DNA from: Podarcis bocagei
Taxonomy: Eukaryota
Strand: one strand, 5' to 3'
Assembly: GCA_964188305.1 (NCBI GenBank)
Contig: OZ076885.1
Length of the DNA stretch: 64,000 bases
Notes under the pieces: model-generated
The model's database searches: none
What the model was told of the DNA's origin: nothing
Seen by the model: only the letters and a program-made list of their open reading frames with translations
Position numbers and translations under genes: made by a program
Shown here: in pieces, positions 63,516-64,000 of the stretch
Numbering within the stretch: position 1 is the first letter of the stretch
How the letters are laid out: every line of letters starts with the position of its first letter

Positions 63516-64000
63516 TTGTTGTTGTTTAGTCTATTGTGTCCGACTCTTCGTGACCCCCTGGACCTGAGAACGCCAGGCACTCTTGTCTTCCACTGCCTCC
63601 CGCAGTTTGGTCAAACTCATGTTCATAGCTTCAAGAACACTGTCCAACCATCTCATCCTCAGTCGTCTCCTTCTCCTTGTGCCCTCCATCTTTCCCAACA
63701 TGAGGGTCTTTTCCAGGGAGTCTAATCTTCTCATGAGGTGGCCAAATATTGGAGCCTCAGCTTCAGGATCTGTTCTTCCAGTGAGCACTCAGGGCTGATT
63801 TCCTTCAGAATGGATCGGTTTGATCTTCTTGCAGTCCATGGGACTCTCCAGAGTCTCCTCCAGCACCATAATTCGAAAGCATCAATTTTTCAGCGATCAG
63901 CCTTCTTTATGGTCCAGCTCTCACTTCCATACAACACTACTGGGAAAACCATTGCTTTAACTATACGGACCTTTGTCGGCAAGGTGATGTCTCTGCTTTT
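63516..64000 (-). mobile_element. Bov-B LINE 3' fragment (continues past the window end)
   Basis: Reverse complement of the Bov-B 3' end. Confidence 0.92.

Noticed and set aside
60171-64000. Intronic snoRNAs SNORD51/SNORA41 expected in EEF1B2
   Set aside because: No convincing C/D or H/ACA structure seen in introns 1-2; from memory these snoRNAs lie in later introns, beyond the window.

Overview
Vertebrate genomic DNA, most likely a lacertid lizard (inferred from the Sauria/Squam SINE, Bov-B, L2 and MITE repertoire). It carries the conserved INO80D - NDUFS1 - EEF1B2 block. INO80D is on the minus strand: CpG-island promoter at ~34 kb, 8 coding exons between 18699 and 2347, last exon outside the window. 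NDUFS1 is complete on the minus strand: 18 coding exons, 56373 to 41769, 2187 nt = 728 aa. EEF1B2 coding exons 1-2 are on the plus strand and share a short bidirectional CpG-island promoter with NDUFS1. Introns and intergenic DNA are dense with TA-flanked Tc1/pogo-type MITEs, hAT MITEs, SINEs and truncated LINEs (L2, CR1, L1, RTE/Bov-B, Penelope). Most ORFs in the supplied track are spurious. The most striking observation is a 693-bp non-autonomous hAT element (39952-40644; perfect TIRs, 8-bp TSD) whose CpG-rich interior encodes MSGQQQQQQQQQL...AALLLHPPPPPPP, resembling the RANBP9 N-terminus. It is a candidate gene-capturing 'Pack-hAT'. Other highlights: a Penelope-derived 67-bp perfect hairpin containing a hammerhead ribozyme core, a probable U12 intron and a uORF-rich leader in INO80D, a GC-AG intron in NDUFS1, and a 115-bp tandem repeat forming the NDUFS1/EEF1B2 promoter core. 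Gene and repeat identities come from recalled sequences; no database search was run.
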